From the NCBI GenBank assembly GCA_021294815.2, contig CP095464.1, positions 120,001 through 152,000 on the forward strand: DNA of 32,000 nucleotides, written 5' to 3'. This DNA comes from Verrucomicrobiota bacterium. GTDB taxonomy: Bacteria; Verrucomicrobiota; Verrucomicrobiia; Opitutales; LL51. This document shows positions 18,417-27,995 of the stretch, piece after piece. Positions within the stretch are counted from its first letter, which is position 1. Each line of letters opens with the position of its first letter. The position numbers and the translations under genes were made by a program. The notes beneath the pieces are model-generated. The model searched no databases, was not told where the DNA came from, and was given only the letters and a program-made list of their open reading frames with translations.

Positions 18417-21400
18417 ATGAGTACTAGTATGAGCACCAACGTCGGAAACGTTGTTAATAGAAATAATCAGCTAGCCGCAAGTGCCAAGGATGTCAAGAAA
18501 TTTGAAAATTATGAAACAAGGGGAGCTCTGACATTCAATTCTGAAGTACTCAAAATTCTAGATATCGGGAGCAAGAAAATTGGAGTCGCCCAAGATCTAA
18601 ACAACACCGTTCGAGACAAGATGGGGAAAGACTCTGAAGTTTCACATAACGTTGACGCCGCAACCGCCAAGAGCATAGTGAGGTGCATCGCTGGCTTCTG
18701 TGGAGAAGCTTACATAACAGGGCTTGATATTAGATCGGCAGGCAAAACAAAAGCAAACACAGATACGAATATAACTGGTCTGTACAGACCTCAAAATGCA
18801 GATGGATACATTAACTGGACCACGAAGGAAGACGGCAAAATTGATCGAGAGAAGTCTCCTTGCCAGTATTGTGCAATCAGTACGAATGCTGAGGCAATCA
18901 GAGAGCCTGTCACTGACCAGGATCAAGAAAAACATCGTTGCTTCCTGAATATCGTCATGAAAGAGATGGGAACAAGTAAAATTTTACAAAAGTTTTCCGG
19001 ATATCTAGACAAACCCAACAGTGACGAATACGCAGCTTATAAAAACGAAGTTGCAAGGATTTTCTTTACATCTGCGAGTTCAATCGACAAAGCAATCCAT
19101 GAGGAGGGGGAAGTCCATGAGGAGGGGGAAGTCCATGAGGAGGGGGAAGTCCATGAGGAGGGGGAAGTCCATGAGGAGGAGGAAGTCCATGAGGAGGGGG
19201 AAGTCCATGAGGAGGGGGAAGTCCATGAGGAGGAGGAAGTCCATGAGGAGGAGGAAGTCCATGAGGAGGAGGAAGTCCATGAGGAGGAGGAAGTCCATGA
19301 GGAGGAGGAAGTCCATGAGGAGGAGGAAGTCCATGAGGAGGAGGAAGTCCATGAGGAGGAGGAAGTCCATGAGGAGGAGGAAGTCCATGAGGATATCCCT
19401 CCGCCTGATGACCCACCTGGCCCCCCTCCGCCTGATGACACCAAGGTCGATAACGATGTAAAAACAACCACGATCGCCAAGTTTGATGGCCCTGTTGTGA
19501 ATTTGCGCGAAGAAGGTTTAGTCGGTAAAGCTGACGAACGTCTGGGCGCCCTCGCCGGCAATCCTGAGTTTCAGAAGGCGATTGGAGGTTCGATTGAAGC
19601 ATTTGCGCAAAAGAATGTCGCCGGATATGCATATTTAATGCCACACGTTAAAAGGCGCATCAACCGGGCCATTGCGGCAACGATTATGAGTATTCAGAGA
19701 TCCTCCAATCCGCCAGGAGTCAATTTGGATGAACTCAACCCCCAGACGCTAAAAACGACGCTTTTAGTATCGGCCTCACGCGCAAAAACGATGGGTAAAC
19801 TGGGCTCCGTTCAAATTTCTAATAACCCGCCTAAAGAAGGCCAAGAGGGTTGCACTGGATTTATCCGCAACATTTACGCCGACTTCATCAAAGCGTTTCC
19901 CACTGAAAATAAGGAGGCCGCTACCGGCGCCGGTAAACTACTCGAGGAGTGTATGAATAAAGCGGGCTTTAATGCTGAAGAAGCAAATGCTCTTCATGAA
20001 AAACTCAATAAATCAGGGCAGGAGGTATTAAAATACACTGAAGGCGGCGATATGATGGATATCCTCAAAAGTATGAGGGATACCCTCCGAGAAGATCACG
20101 ATCCAAAACTCAAAAAATTGGAACGCAAATTAGCTGATGAAATCGATAAAAGTTTCCAACTAAAACGAGATGATAATCTGCCTATGCTGATTTCCAAATT
20201 GCCATTTTTTAGCAAACGGCCGAAAGTCGACAAAGCATTCAAAAAACTCGAAATAGCGCTCAATGGGCATTATTCTCTCAGGGCAGTTGATAAGCTATTT
20301 CAAAATGTCGACCGTGCTGTTGAACAGGCAGCAAAACAAAATAACGAGAGTATCAAAGCATCTGGTGAACGATTAGAAGCGCTGGTCAAGGAACACACCT
20401 TGCCATTGTATGAATTTATAGCGCATGTTAATGAACAATTACCTCATACCTCACAAGATAAGAACATTCAAGAATTAAGGGCAAAAATCCTCAAACCGAT
20501 CATTAAGCACATTGAAAATGACATCAAAACTTCGCAGCAGCATATGTGCGCATTTAAAGATGGCATCGATTGCAAAAAAATCTACGAAAACCCAGCTGTT
20601 CAAAAATTTTGTGCCGACCATGGAGCGGAATTTCAAAAGGAATACAACCTATCGACCCCAGATATCAATGTTTTTGATATTCAAATTCTTTCGACAAGTG
20701 CCTCTGAAAAACAGCAACTGACACGTATTGAAAATGCCGACTACAACGGCATGCCACTTTACGCAAATTTCGGCTTCAACCCAATGCAAATTGTCATCGT
20801 TTCCGATGAGGCAAGTAAGCAGAGCTTTGATGCAATTGTCGGGGATTATTCCAAAAAGGATCTTCCTTCAGAAGAAAATTCTGGACCTCAACAACATATG
20901 GGTGATTTTCTTTCAAAAGTAAAAGATCGTGTCACAGAATATACCCCTTTTCGCGAAAACGTTCATAAGACAAATGCCAATAACGGATTACCGCTCTCTT
21001 ACAATCTTCCAGAAACGGCTCGATATTTTGCATTAGCTAACAAAGGCCCCGTATTGGTTGAAAGCGGGCCCCAGCAGTTCGCGTTTGCGATCAGAAACAT
21101 CATGCATCGGGCGAAGCCCAGCGAAGGTGAAGGGAAGCTATCGCTTAGAGATACGCTCAATAAATTAGATCCCGAATTAAAAGATACAGCCATCAGCATT
21201 TTAAAAGAAGATGTCGCCCATAATCCACACCCTGAATTAACCGAAAAGGCCCTCGAATTTGCCTATCTAAGCGATAGAAAACAGCTTCAAGAACATTGCA
21301 AAGGACTCGAAAAAGACGAAGCTAACAAATTACTTGAAACTGTTGCCTATCTCGAAAGTGGCAAAGATCAAGTTTCAGAGAAGGAAATTAGAAATGGAGC

Positions 21401-21842
21401 TCAAATACTCGAACTTTCTATGCAAAAAAACAATCCTCATCCTGAATTAACGAAAAAGGCTTTTGAGCTCGCCTATCTGAGCAATAGGAAACAACTTAAA
21501 AAGCATTGCCTATCAGCGTCACCCGAGGAGACAAACAAATTACTTGAAACCATTGCTTACATCGAAAGTGGCAAGGGAAATGTTTCGAAAGAGGAAATCG
21601 GAAATAGAATTCAAATACTCGAACTTTCTATACAAAAAGACAATCTTTATCCTGAGCTGACAGAAAAGGCTCTCGAAGTTCTTTATGATCCCACTGCTAC
21701 CAAAAGCAAAGAAAAATACAAGGGTAAAAACGTATACCTAGGAAACGTATTTGAGCAATATAAGAAAGAGCATACCGATGACCAAGGAGCAGTAGACGAT
21801 TTGATGAAAACTATAATATACCTTTCAAAAGATAAGAATTAG
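18417..21842 (+). CDS. Large (1141 aa) hypothetical repeat-containing protein, no recognisable family
   Basis: A single uninterrupted ORF with a GGGTGG Shine-Dalgarno-like element 3 nt before the ATG. It has no N-terminal hydrophobic signal. It contains an HEE[G/E]EV x16 array, a polyproline tract, a long helical-looking K/E-rich region and 70-aa C-terminal repeats. Confidence 0.7.
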   Translation: MSTSMSTNVGNVVNRNNQLAASAKDVKKFENYETRGALTFNSEVLKILDIGSKKIGVAQDLNNTVRDKMGKDSEVSHNVDAATAKSIVRCIAGFCGEAYITGLDIRSAGKTKANTDTNITGLYRPQNADGYINWTTKEDGKIDREKSPCQYCAISTNAEAIREPVTDQDQEKHRCFLNIVMKEMGTSKILQKFSGYLDKPNSDEYAAYKNEVARIFFTSASSIDKAIHEEGEVHEEGEVHEEGEVHEEGEVHEEEEVHEEGEVHEEGEVHEEEEVHEEEEVHEEEEVHEEEEVHEEEEVHEEEEVHEEEEVHEEEEVHEEEEVHEDIPPPDDPPGPPPPDDTKVDNDVKTTTIAKFDGPVVNLREEGLVGKADERLGALAGNPEFQKAIGGSIEAFAQKNVAGYAYLMPHVKRRINRAIAATIMSIQRSSNPPGVNLDELNPQTLKTTLLVSASRAKTMGKLGSVQISNNPPKEGQEGCTGFIRNIYADFIKAFPTENKEAATGAGKLLEECMNKAGFNAEEANALHEKLNKSGQEVLKYTEGGDMMDILKSMRDTLREDHDPKLKKLERKLADEIDKSFQLKRDDNLPMLISKLPFFSKRPKVDKAFKKLEIALNGHYSLRAVDKLFQNVDRAVEQAAKQNNESIKASGERLEALVKEHTLPLYEFIAHVNEQLPHTSQDKNIQELRAKILKPIIKHIENDIKTSQQHMCAFKDGIDCKKIYENPAVQKFCADHGAEFQKEYNLSTPDINVFDIQILSTSASEKQQLTRIENADYNGMPLYANFGFNPMQIVIVSDEASKQSFDAIVGDYSKKDLPSEENSGPQQHMGDFLSKVKDRVTEYTPFRENVHKTNANNGLPLSYNLPETARYFALANKGPVLVESGPQQFAFAIRNIMHRAKPSEGEGKLSLRDTLNKLDPELKDTAISILKEDVAHNPHPELTEKALEFAYLSDRKQLQEHCKGLEKDEANKLLETVAYLESGKDQVSEKEIRNGAQILELSMQKNNPHPELTKKAFELAYLSNRKQLKKHCLSASPEETNKLLETIAYIESGKGNVSKEEIGNRIQILELSIQKDNLYPELTEKALEVLYDPTATKSKEKYKGKNVYLGNVFEQYKKEHTDDQGAVDDLMKTIIYLSKDKN
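19098..19393 (+). repeat. 18-nt tandem repeat, 16 full copies plus a partial one, inside the 1141-aa ORF
   Basis: The unit is CATGAGGAGGGGGAAGTC or CATGAGGAGGAGGAAGTC, and the two differ at one base (GGG vs GAG codon). Counted directly: units 1-4 and 6-7 are the GGG variant, and units 5 and 8-16 are the GAG variant. The units are otherwise identical. Confidence 0.95.
21195..21690 (+). repeat. 210-nt (70-aa) diverged tandem repeat, about 2.3 copies, at the C-terminus of the 1141-aa ORF
   Basis: The N-P-H-P-E-L-T motif recurs at exactly 210-nt spacing (AAT codons at 21222, 21432 and 21642). The units are HNPHPELTEKALEFAYLSDRKQL..., NNPHPELTKKAFELAYLSNRKQL... and DNLYPELTEKALEVLYDP. Confidence 0.85.
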
Positions 21843-21930
21843 GGATAAGACAACTGATAATTAACCCAGGAATATCGGAACTAATGCATCTCTTCTGTTG
21901 GTTCGCTTTGGTACTCTCCTCAGATTTATA

Positions 21931-23061
21931 TTAATCTCCCAATCGATAAGACAGCTCTTTCGCACGAATTCGCGCAAGTGGAGCTAATGGGCTGTCGGAT
22001 TGGCTAAGAGTTTTAAGCTGTGCTTCGGCTTCTTGAATTTGTCCGCGCAATATTAGCACACCTCCGTCGAGATAGTGTTCGAGGTCCGAGTCGCATAGCG
22101 CATCTCGAGCTAAATTGTATTGCTCCCAATTTTTGGTTTCTAAAAACGCGAGACAACGCCAGAGCAAAAGACGGGGCCGATCGCGCTCGGACATTTCCGT
22201 CTCTTCGAATCCAGAATACAGTTCAGAACGGTTACATCGATACCCAATGCGCATCTTTAGCAGCTGCAGATTCGAAAGATGAGGATCTTGGATTCCAGAA
22301 CCTGCAATTTGCTTTGTATGCTCAACAACGGACAACGCAGCCTCAAATGCCCCTAACCGATATTGCATCTGCGCACAGAGATCGTAAAACGCCCAATCCG
22401 TTGTATACTGGCGAATCCAAGGTAAAAGATAAGCATAGGAACGTTGAAAATCCCCAAGGTGATTCCAATACACCGCGAGATTCCAGTCGTGTCGCTGCTG
22501 TAGCCGTTCTGAATGAAATTTTAGCGCTTCTGCTCGCTCGAGCTTACCTGCATGGATCAGTGCACAGCCGTAGCGGAAACGCACCTCATCGCTAGGATTT
22601 TGCGAATCACAGGCCTCATAAATCGAGGCAGCAATGTGGTAATCCCGGTTTTGGTAGTAAGCATCGGCCGCCAAAATCTGATAACGCAATTGATCTTTTT
22701 TCTCTGCGATCTGGCCCGCTTCGAGGTAATAATGCGCGGCCTGGCGTAATTTTTTTTGTTTGAAGGCGATATTCCCCAACAGCTCATAAACCGTTAATAT
22801 GGGTGCGTCTTTTTTGGAAGTTCTTATTCCATGGAACATTTGCGATAGATCATTCCGCCCCGGAATTGGCTCCATAACCGTTAGCAACATTTTCCCCGTT
22901 TTTTCCGCTTCTTGGAGTTCCCCGTGGGCAATGAAGCTTTGGATCGCCATCAAAGGAGGATCCCAATCAAAATCAGAACTAGCGTTGCCTATCCCGGACA
23001 GAAAAAAATAGAACCCAAAACTCCAAATTTTATACTGCCGATGAAAATGCATCAAATCCAT
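21931..23061 (-). CDS. TPR-like repeat protein with a hydrophobic N-terminus
   Basis: The 376-aa product has helical-repeat signatures (LLGNIAFKQKKLRQAAHYYLEAGQI, AADAYYQNRDYHIAASIYEA). The N-terminal segment IWSFGFYFFLSGIG suggests export or anchoring. The ATG directly abuts the clpX stop codon (TAAATG). Confidence 0.65.
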   Translation of the reverse strand: MDLMHFHRQYKIWSFGFYFFLSGIGNASSDFDWDPPLMAIQSFIAHGELQEAEKTGKMLLTVMEPIPGRNDLSQMFHGIRTSKKDAPILTVYELLGNIAFKQKKLRQAAHYYLEAGQIAEKKDQLRYQILAADAYYQNRDYHIAASIYEACDSQNPSDEVRFRYGCALIHAGKLERAEALKFHSERLQQRHDWNLAVYWNHLGDFQRSYAYLLPWIRQYTTDWAFYDLCAQMQYRLGAFEAALSVVEHTKQIAGSGIQDPHLSNLQLLKMRIGYRCNRSELYSGFEETEMSERDRPRLLLWRCLAFLETKNWEQYNLARDALCDSDLEHYLDGGVLILRGQIQEAEAQLKTLSQSDSPLAPLARIRAKELSYRLGD

Positions 23062-24351
23062 TTAGGACTGTGATTCTGTCGCGCTGCGAACATCCTCGAT
23101 GCCGATCGTAACCTGTTTGACGTCGTGTTGATCCGGAAGCCGATACATCCAATCCATCATGATATTTTCCATGATGGAACGCAACGCACGGGCCCCGGTC
23201 TTGCGTTTCAGCGCGATTTTGGCAATCTCGCGGATTGCGTCCTCAGAAATTGCCAGATCGACGCCCTCCCATGAGAGCAATTTCTTATATTGCCTGACGA
23301 GCGCATTCTTTGTGTTACGCAACACGTGGACGAGATCTTCCTCAGAAAGTTCATCTAAAACCGAAATCACCGGGAGACGTCCGATAAACTCGGGAATAAG
23401 GCCGAAATGAACAAGATCCTCCGGTTGTACCTGGTGTAGTATTTTAGTGTCAGATTCCTGCACTGCGGTCCCGTTAAAACCCAAAACCTTTTTCCCCGTA
23501 CGGTCACGTACAATCTTATCAAGGTCCGCAAAAGCGCCGCCACAAATAAATAAAATATTACTCGTATCAACTTTAATGTATTCCTCTTCAGGATGTTTGC
23601 GACCTCCCTTTGGTGGAACATTACAAACCGTCCCCTCGAGGATCTTCAAAAGCGCTTGTTGTACACCTTCGCCGGAAACGTCGCGGGAAATCGATACGTT
23701 TTCAGTTTTGCGGCCGATTTTGTCGATCTCATCGACGTAAATGATGCCGCACTCCGTCCGTCGCACGTCATAATCCGCATTTTGGAGTAAACGCAGAATG
23801 ATGTTTTCGACATCTTCACCGACATACCCTGCCTCCGTTAATGTCGTCGCGTCCGCAATTGCGAATGGGACATCGAGCGCCCGGGCAAGCGTTTTCGCCA
23901 AAAGCGTTTTACCACTTCCCGTGGGACCAATCAGCAAAATATTGCTCTTTTCGATTTCGACCTCATCGGCATTGAAATCGATTGGACGCGTTTCGTCTTC
24001 AATCACGCCACTTGCAACGAGTCGTTTATAGTGGTTGTAGACCGCAACAGAAAGAACTTTTTTTGCATGCTCTTGACCAATAACATAATCGTCGAGTGTC
24101 TTCTTCAATACCGAGGGCGTGATACATTTGAATTGTATCGCTTCATTATCCTCCTTAACCGCGATCCTTCCGTCGGATTTTTTTTCTTCGGAGAGATTTT
24201 TTTTATGAAAACCCTCAATTTCGCGTCCAAGTGCCGCGGTACAGACCTCGACGCAGCGATCACAGATAAAAACACCATTTGGCCCGGCAATGAGTTTACG
24301 GACCAGCGCCTGATGTTTCCCGCAAAATGAACAACGGTCGCCTTTACTCAT
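23062..24351 (-). CDS. clpX: ATP-dependent Clp protease ATP-binding subunit ClpX
   Basis: The product has the N-terminal Zn-binding CSFCGK...FICDRCV, Walker A GPTGSGKT, Walker [10 protein letters not shown] and the pore loop/IGF region GFNG. I prefer the ATG at 24349-24351 ([12 protein letters not shown]). The track ORF starts at a TTG at 24363. Confidence 0.9.
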   Translation of the reverse strand: MSKGDRCSFCGKHQALVRKLIAGPNGVFICDRCVEVCTAALGREIEGFHKKNLSEEKKSDGRIAVKEDNEAIQFKCITPSVLKKTLDDYVIGQEHAKKVLSVAVYNHYKRLVASGVIEDETRPIDFNADEVEIEKSNILLIGPTGSGKTLLAKTLARALDVPFAIADATTLTEAGYVGEDVENIILRLLQNADYDVRRTECGIIYVDEIDKIGRKTENVSISRDVSGEGVQQALLKILEGTVCNVPPKGGRKHPEEEYIKVDTSNILFICGGAFADLDKIVRDRTGKKVLGFNGTAVQESDTKILHQVQPEDLVHFGLIPEFIGRLPVISVLDELSEEDLVHVLRNTKNALVRQYKKLLSWEGVDLAISEDAIREIAKIALKRKTGARALRSIMENIMMDWMYRLPDQHDVKQVTIGIEDVRSATESQS

Positions 24352-27300
24352 CCCCTTGATCAAATGACAAATCTAAGATCTTGTCATCCTTTTTCTCAGG
24401 GGATGGCTGTTTTTTCAACGTTTCTTCGTCCGAGTCAGGAGTTATTTTTTCTTGATCGCCCAGATCTGCACCCGATGCGTCATCATCCGACAGTGTAAAC
24501 TCCTCGTCGAAGTCGCTTAACGAAAATTCCTCGCTTTCGTCTTCATTACCGTCTTCTTCGTGATCAGAGGCAAATAAGGCATCACTTGGTTGATCACGCC
24601 CCAGCAAGCTGCTATCATGAAAGAGTTGCTCGATCATCATCCCCAGAGCATTGTCACTGGAAGCAATACGGAACATCCGCTTACAAATATCGCTACGGAT
24701 TTGGGCAACCAAGGCTTCGAAAAAGTCATACGCCTCGTGCTTATACTCATTGAGCGGGTCTTTTTGGCCATAACCGCGGAGGCCGACGCTGCGCCGAAGT
24801 TCTTCCATTTCGGTAAGATGACGCTGCCAGTTCCGATCGATTGCGTTTAACAAAACATAGCGCTCCATTTCTCGGATGAGATCTTCGCCTTCAACTTCGA
24901 GTTTCACGGCATAGGCCGCTTTGATCTTTTCAAAAACAAACTCGGCCGCTGCTTCGAGGTTGTCATACGCTTCGAGGTCTTCTTTTTTCAGCGCAATCGG
25001 GAAATACATGTTAAGCTTTCCGAGTGCAATTTCCGCATCGTTGGTGTCCTCAAAGCGTCCCTTCTTATCCTGATCAAAACAAGGCGCGAGCAGTGACTGA
25101 ACTTCTTCCTCGACGAAAGAAAATAGTATTTCGCGGACGTTTTCGGACTGAAGAACCTGGTTGCGTGTACCGTAAATTACTTCACGCTGTTTGTTCAGAA
25201 CATCATCATACTGCAGCAACCGACGACGGATGGAATAGTTGAACTGTTCGACCTTCTTTTGCGCGCCTTCGAGCGAGCGATTGAGAAGCGGGTGCTCAAG
25301 GACATCGCCTTCTTTAAAGTTACGTTCTAACAGAGCGGCAATCGGTCGGGGGCCTGCAAAACGGCGCATGAGGTTATCCTCGAGAGAAACGAAGAAGCGC
25401 GAAATTCCGGGGTCACCCTGGCGCGCACAACGTCCCTGGAGCTGACGATCTACACGTCGCGATTCGTGACGTTCCGTTCCGATAACGTAGAGTCCGCCGA
25501 GGGCATCAACACCACCACCGAGCTTAATATCCGTTCCACGCCCAGCCATGTTAGTCGAAATCGTTACGGCACCGCGTTGGCCTGCTTGAGCGACAATCTC
25601 CGCTTCCTTTTCGTGGAACTTCGCATTTAGGACGGTATGGGGGATTTTTTCATACGTTAGTTTATGGCTCAATAACTCGGATGCTTCGACCGAGGCCGTA
25701 CCGACGAGAATCGGTTGTCCGGTTTGATGGATTTCTTTGATGAGGTTGACGACTGCGGCATACTTTTCGCGTCGGGATTTATAAATCTGGTCATTGAGGT
25801 CAATACGCCGGCAAGGCCGATTTGTCGGAATCGCCATAACATTGAGTTTGTAGGTATCGTAGAACTCTTGGGCTTCGGTTTCGGCGGTTCCGGTCATGCC
25901 GGCGAGCTTTTCGTACATCCGAAAGTAATTCTGAATCGTAATCGTTGCGTAGGTCTTGGACTCTTTTTCGATCTCTACCCCCTCCTTCGCTTCGACCGCT
26001 TGGTGAAGGCCTTCGCTCCAACGGCGTCCGGGCATCGCGCGCCCCGTATTTTCATCGACAATCACAACCTTCCCGTCCTGAATCACGTACTCTTCATCGC
26101 GATTGTATAAAATATAGGCCCGGAGGAGTTGATTCAGGCAATGGATTTTTTCACTTTGCTGAATAAACAACATTTCCGCTTGTTGCTTCCGTTGGAGCTT
26201 TTCTTCGAGCGATAACTGGTGATTCCCATCGATCTCGGAGTAAATCGCCGGAAGATCAGGAAGGACAAAGGCATTGAGATCTTCGGGATAGAGCGCGAGA
26301 CGGCCGATTTCGGAAACATCGATCTGCTGGCCCTTTTCATCGATCGTAAAATAAAGCTCTTCTTTGAGTTCAGTCCGTAGTTCACGATTGATATCGGCGC
26401 CGATTTCGAGGTCAAACTTATCGAGTTGTCGGGCGTAGGAACCGTTTTCGAGGAGACGGAGGAGTTGACGATTTTTCGGCATCCCCTGTTTTACTTTCCA
26501 GAGCTTTTTGATGCCATCGCGGTTTTGAGGATCATTTCCGAGAAGTGCACGGGCTTCATCAATCAGCTTGTTACACATCTCTTTCTGTAAGCTGACGATT
26601 TTTTCGACTAAGGGCTTAATCTCGTTAAACGGAGCCATCCCCTCTTCGGTACTGGGACCGGAAATAATCAAGGGCGTACGGGCTTCATCAATGAGGATTG
26701 AATCAATCTCATCGACAATACAGTAGTAGTGTCCGTTTTGGACCTGTTCTTCAACAGAAGTGGCTAGACCGTTATCTCTTAAATAATCGAAACCAAATTC
26801 GGAGGACGTTCCATATGTGATATCGCAAGCGTACTGTTCTTTACGCTCTTCGGAATCCATGCCTGTTTGAATGCAGCCAACCGAGAGTCCTAAGAGGTTG
26901 TACAAATACCCCATCCATTCGGAGTCACGGCGCGCAAGATAGTCGTTCACAGTCGCCAGCTGGCAATTCCGCCCCGTTAGCGCATTGAGATAGAGGGGCA
27001 AGGTCGCGACGAGCGTTTTTCCCTCACCGGTCGCCATTTCCGCGATCCGGTTTTCATGGAGTGCGATACCGCCGATGAGCTGAACATCGTAGTGGACCAT
27101 ATCCCAGGAAATTTCATGTCCACAGACTTCGATTGTTTTACCGCAGAGCCGTTTAGCACCTTCTTTAACGAGGGCGAAGGCTTCTGGCAAAAGACGGTCG
27201 AGGGTCTCGCCTCCTTGGTAACGCTGTTTAAATTCCTCCGTTTTTTCGCAAAGTTGATCGTCGGAGAGCCGGGCGTACTCCGCTTCATGGCTATGAATAG

Positions 27301-27379
27301 CCTTAATCTTGGGTTGGCATTTCTTCAAAAACTTTTTGTAATGACGCCCCGAAAACAACTTTAAAAATTTTCCGATCAT
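24344..27379 (-). CDS. secA: Preprotein translocase ATPase SecA (long form, acidic C-terminal tail)
   Basis: The 1011-aa product has [14 protein letters not shown] (Walker A), [20 protein letters not shown] (DEAD-like), [10 protein letters not shown] and [22 protein letters not shown] Shine-Dalgarno lies 7 nt upstream of the ATG. Confidence 0.95.
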   Translation of the reverse strand: MIGKFLKLFSGRHYKKFLKKCQPKIKAIHSHEAEYARLSDDQLCEKTEEFKQRYQGGETLDRLLPEAFALVKEGAKRLCGKTIEVCGHEISWDMVHYDVQLIGGIALHENRIAEMATGEGKTLVATLPLYLNALTGRNCQLATVNDYLARRDSEWMGYLYNLLGLSVGCIQTGMDSEERKEQYACDITYGTSSEFGFDYLRDNGLATSVEEQVQNGHYYCIVDEIDSILIDEARTPLIISGPSTEEGMAPFNEIKPLVEKIVSLQKEMCNKLIDEARALLGNDPQNRDGIKKLWKVKQGMPKNRQLLRLLENGSYARQLDKFDLEIGADINRELRTELKEELYFTIDEKGQQIDVSEIGRLALYPEDLNAFVLPDLPAIYSEIDGNHQLSLEEKLQRKQQAEMLFIQQSEKIHCLNQLLRAYILYNRDEEYVIQDGKVVIVDENTGRAMPGRRWSEGLHQAVEAKEGVEIEKESKTYATITIQNYFRMYEKLAGMTGTAETEAQEFYDTYKLNVMAIPTNRPCRRIDLNDQIYKSRREKYAAVVNLIKEIHQTGQPILVGTASVEASELLSHKLTYEKIPHTVLNAKFHEKEAEIVAQAGQRGAVTISTNMAGRGTDIKLGGGVDALGGLYVIGTERHESRRVDRQLQGRCARQGDPGISRFFVSLEDNLMRRFAGPRPIAALLERNFKEGDVLEHPLLNRSLEGAQKKVEQFNYSIRRRLLQYDDVLNKQREVIYGTRNQVLQSENVREILFSFVEEEVQSLLAPCFDQDKKGRFEDTNDAEIALGKLNMYFPIALKKEDLEAYDNLEAAAEFVFEKIKAAYAVKLEVEGEDLIREMERYVLLNAIDRNWQRHLTEMEELRRSVGLRGYGQKDPLNEYKHEAYDFFEALVAQIRSDICKRMFRIASSDNALGMMIEQLFHDSSLLGRDQPSDALFASDHEEDGNEDESEEFSLSDFDEEFTLSDDDASGADLGDQEKITPDSDEETLKKQPSPEKKDDKILDLSFDQGDE

Positions 27380-27411
27380 ACGGTCCTCTCCACCTAAAGT
27401 ACGCGACTGTC

Positions 27412-27440
27412 TATGTAAAGGAATTATCCCTTCTTGCCAA
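27412..27440 (-). promoter_or_regulatory. Candidate sigma70-type promoter for secA
   Basis: On the minus strand: TTGGCA (27440-27435), a 17-nt spacer, then TACATA (27417-27412), about 30 nt upstream of the secA ATG. Pattern match only. Confidence 0.35.
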
Positions 27441-27902
27441 CGAAATAATACCCGCCTTTTGCATCACGAATGCACTTTTTGCTGGAATTTTTCTCTAACT
27501 TTTTAAAGTCTGGAGGCAAGCTAGGGTGGAGGTGCCTTTGGGCTTAATTTTCATTCCTTACTTTTTTAATGAAAAGTGCAGGGCGTGCGGTGTGGCTGTC
27601 ATGCTACCGTGTGTGGAAGGCAAAAATATCGCCACTTGCAGATACTGTCGAGGACAGAGGCAATGAAAAATGCCGAACACGCCGTCCCTAGCCCCCAAAA
27701 CGCTGCTACTTTAGAAAAATCGTCGATTAGAGATTTTAAGAAACGAGACATGGATCGCACACGGATCTCTTGCACAACGACTCCTCCACGACGCTCCAAT
27801 CTTAGACACATGCAAATCGGGACCCCACACAATTACGAAAAACTCGAACTTCACAAAAAATCCAAAAACAGAAATGCCAATACTTGTTGAAATGGCTCTA
27901 AA

Positions 27903-27995
27903 ATGGCGGAGAGAGAGGGATTCGAACCCTCGAGCCCCGTTTTGCAGGGCTACCTTCTTAGCAGGAAGGGGCTTTCGACCACTCAGCCATCTCTC
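27903..27995 (-). tRNA. tRNA-Ser (anticodon GCU), CCA encoded
   Basis: Reverse complement is GGAGAGATGGCTGAGTGGTCGAAAGC CCTTC CTGCTAA GAAGG ...GGTTCGAATCCCTCTCTCTCCGCCA. The anticodon loop is CTGCTAA (GCT). A long variable arm and a canonical T-arm are present. Confidence 0.9.

Noticed and set aside
19098-19393. Possible CRISPR array
   Set aside because: The units are directly adjacent 18-mers with no spacers, and they lie in frame inside a coding sequence. No cas genes are in the window.
19021-19644. Four additional long ORFs crossing the tandem array: 19021..19461 (+, MRRGKS repeats), and 19037..19561, 19066..19644 and 19080..19388 (all minus)
   Set aside because: They exist only because the 18-nt unit lacks stop codons in these frames. 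Each is low-complexity repeat translation nested inside the 1141-aa ORF, without its own start context. They are artefacts of the repeat.
22020-22595. 191-aa ORF antisense to the TPR gene, and antisense ORFs within clpX, secA, valS, proS and alaS
   Set aside because: All are nested in strongly supported housekeeping frames. Their products are Arg/Ser-rich with no motifs, typical of antisense frames at this GC content.
27576-27890. 104-aa plus-strand ORF and the 77-aa minus-strand ORF (27599..27832) in the secA-tRNA gap, as real genes
   Set aside because: They mutually overlap and have weak or absent ribosome-binding sites and no recognisable motifs. I kept the region as an open question rather than calling a CDS.
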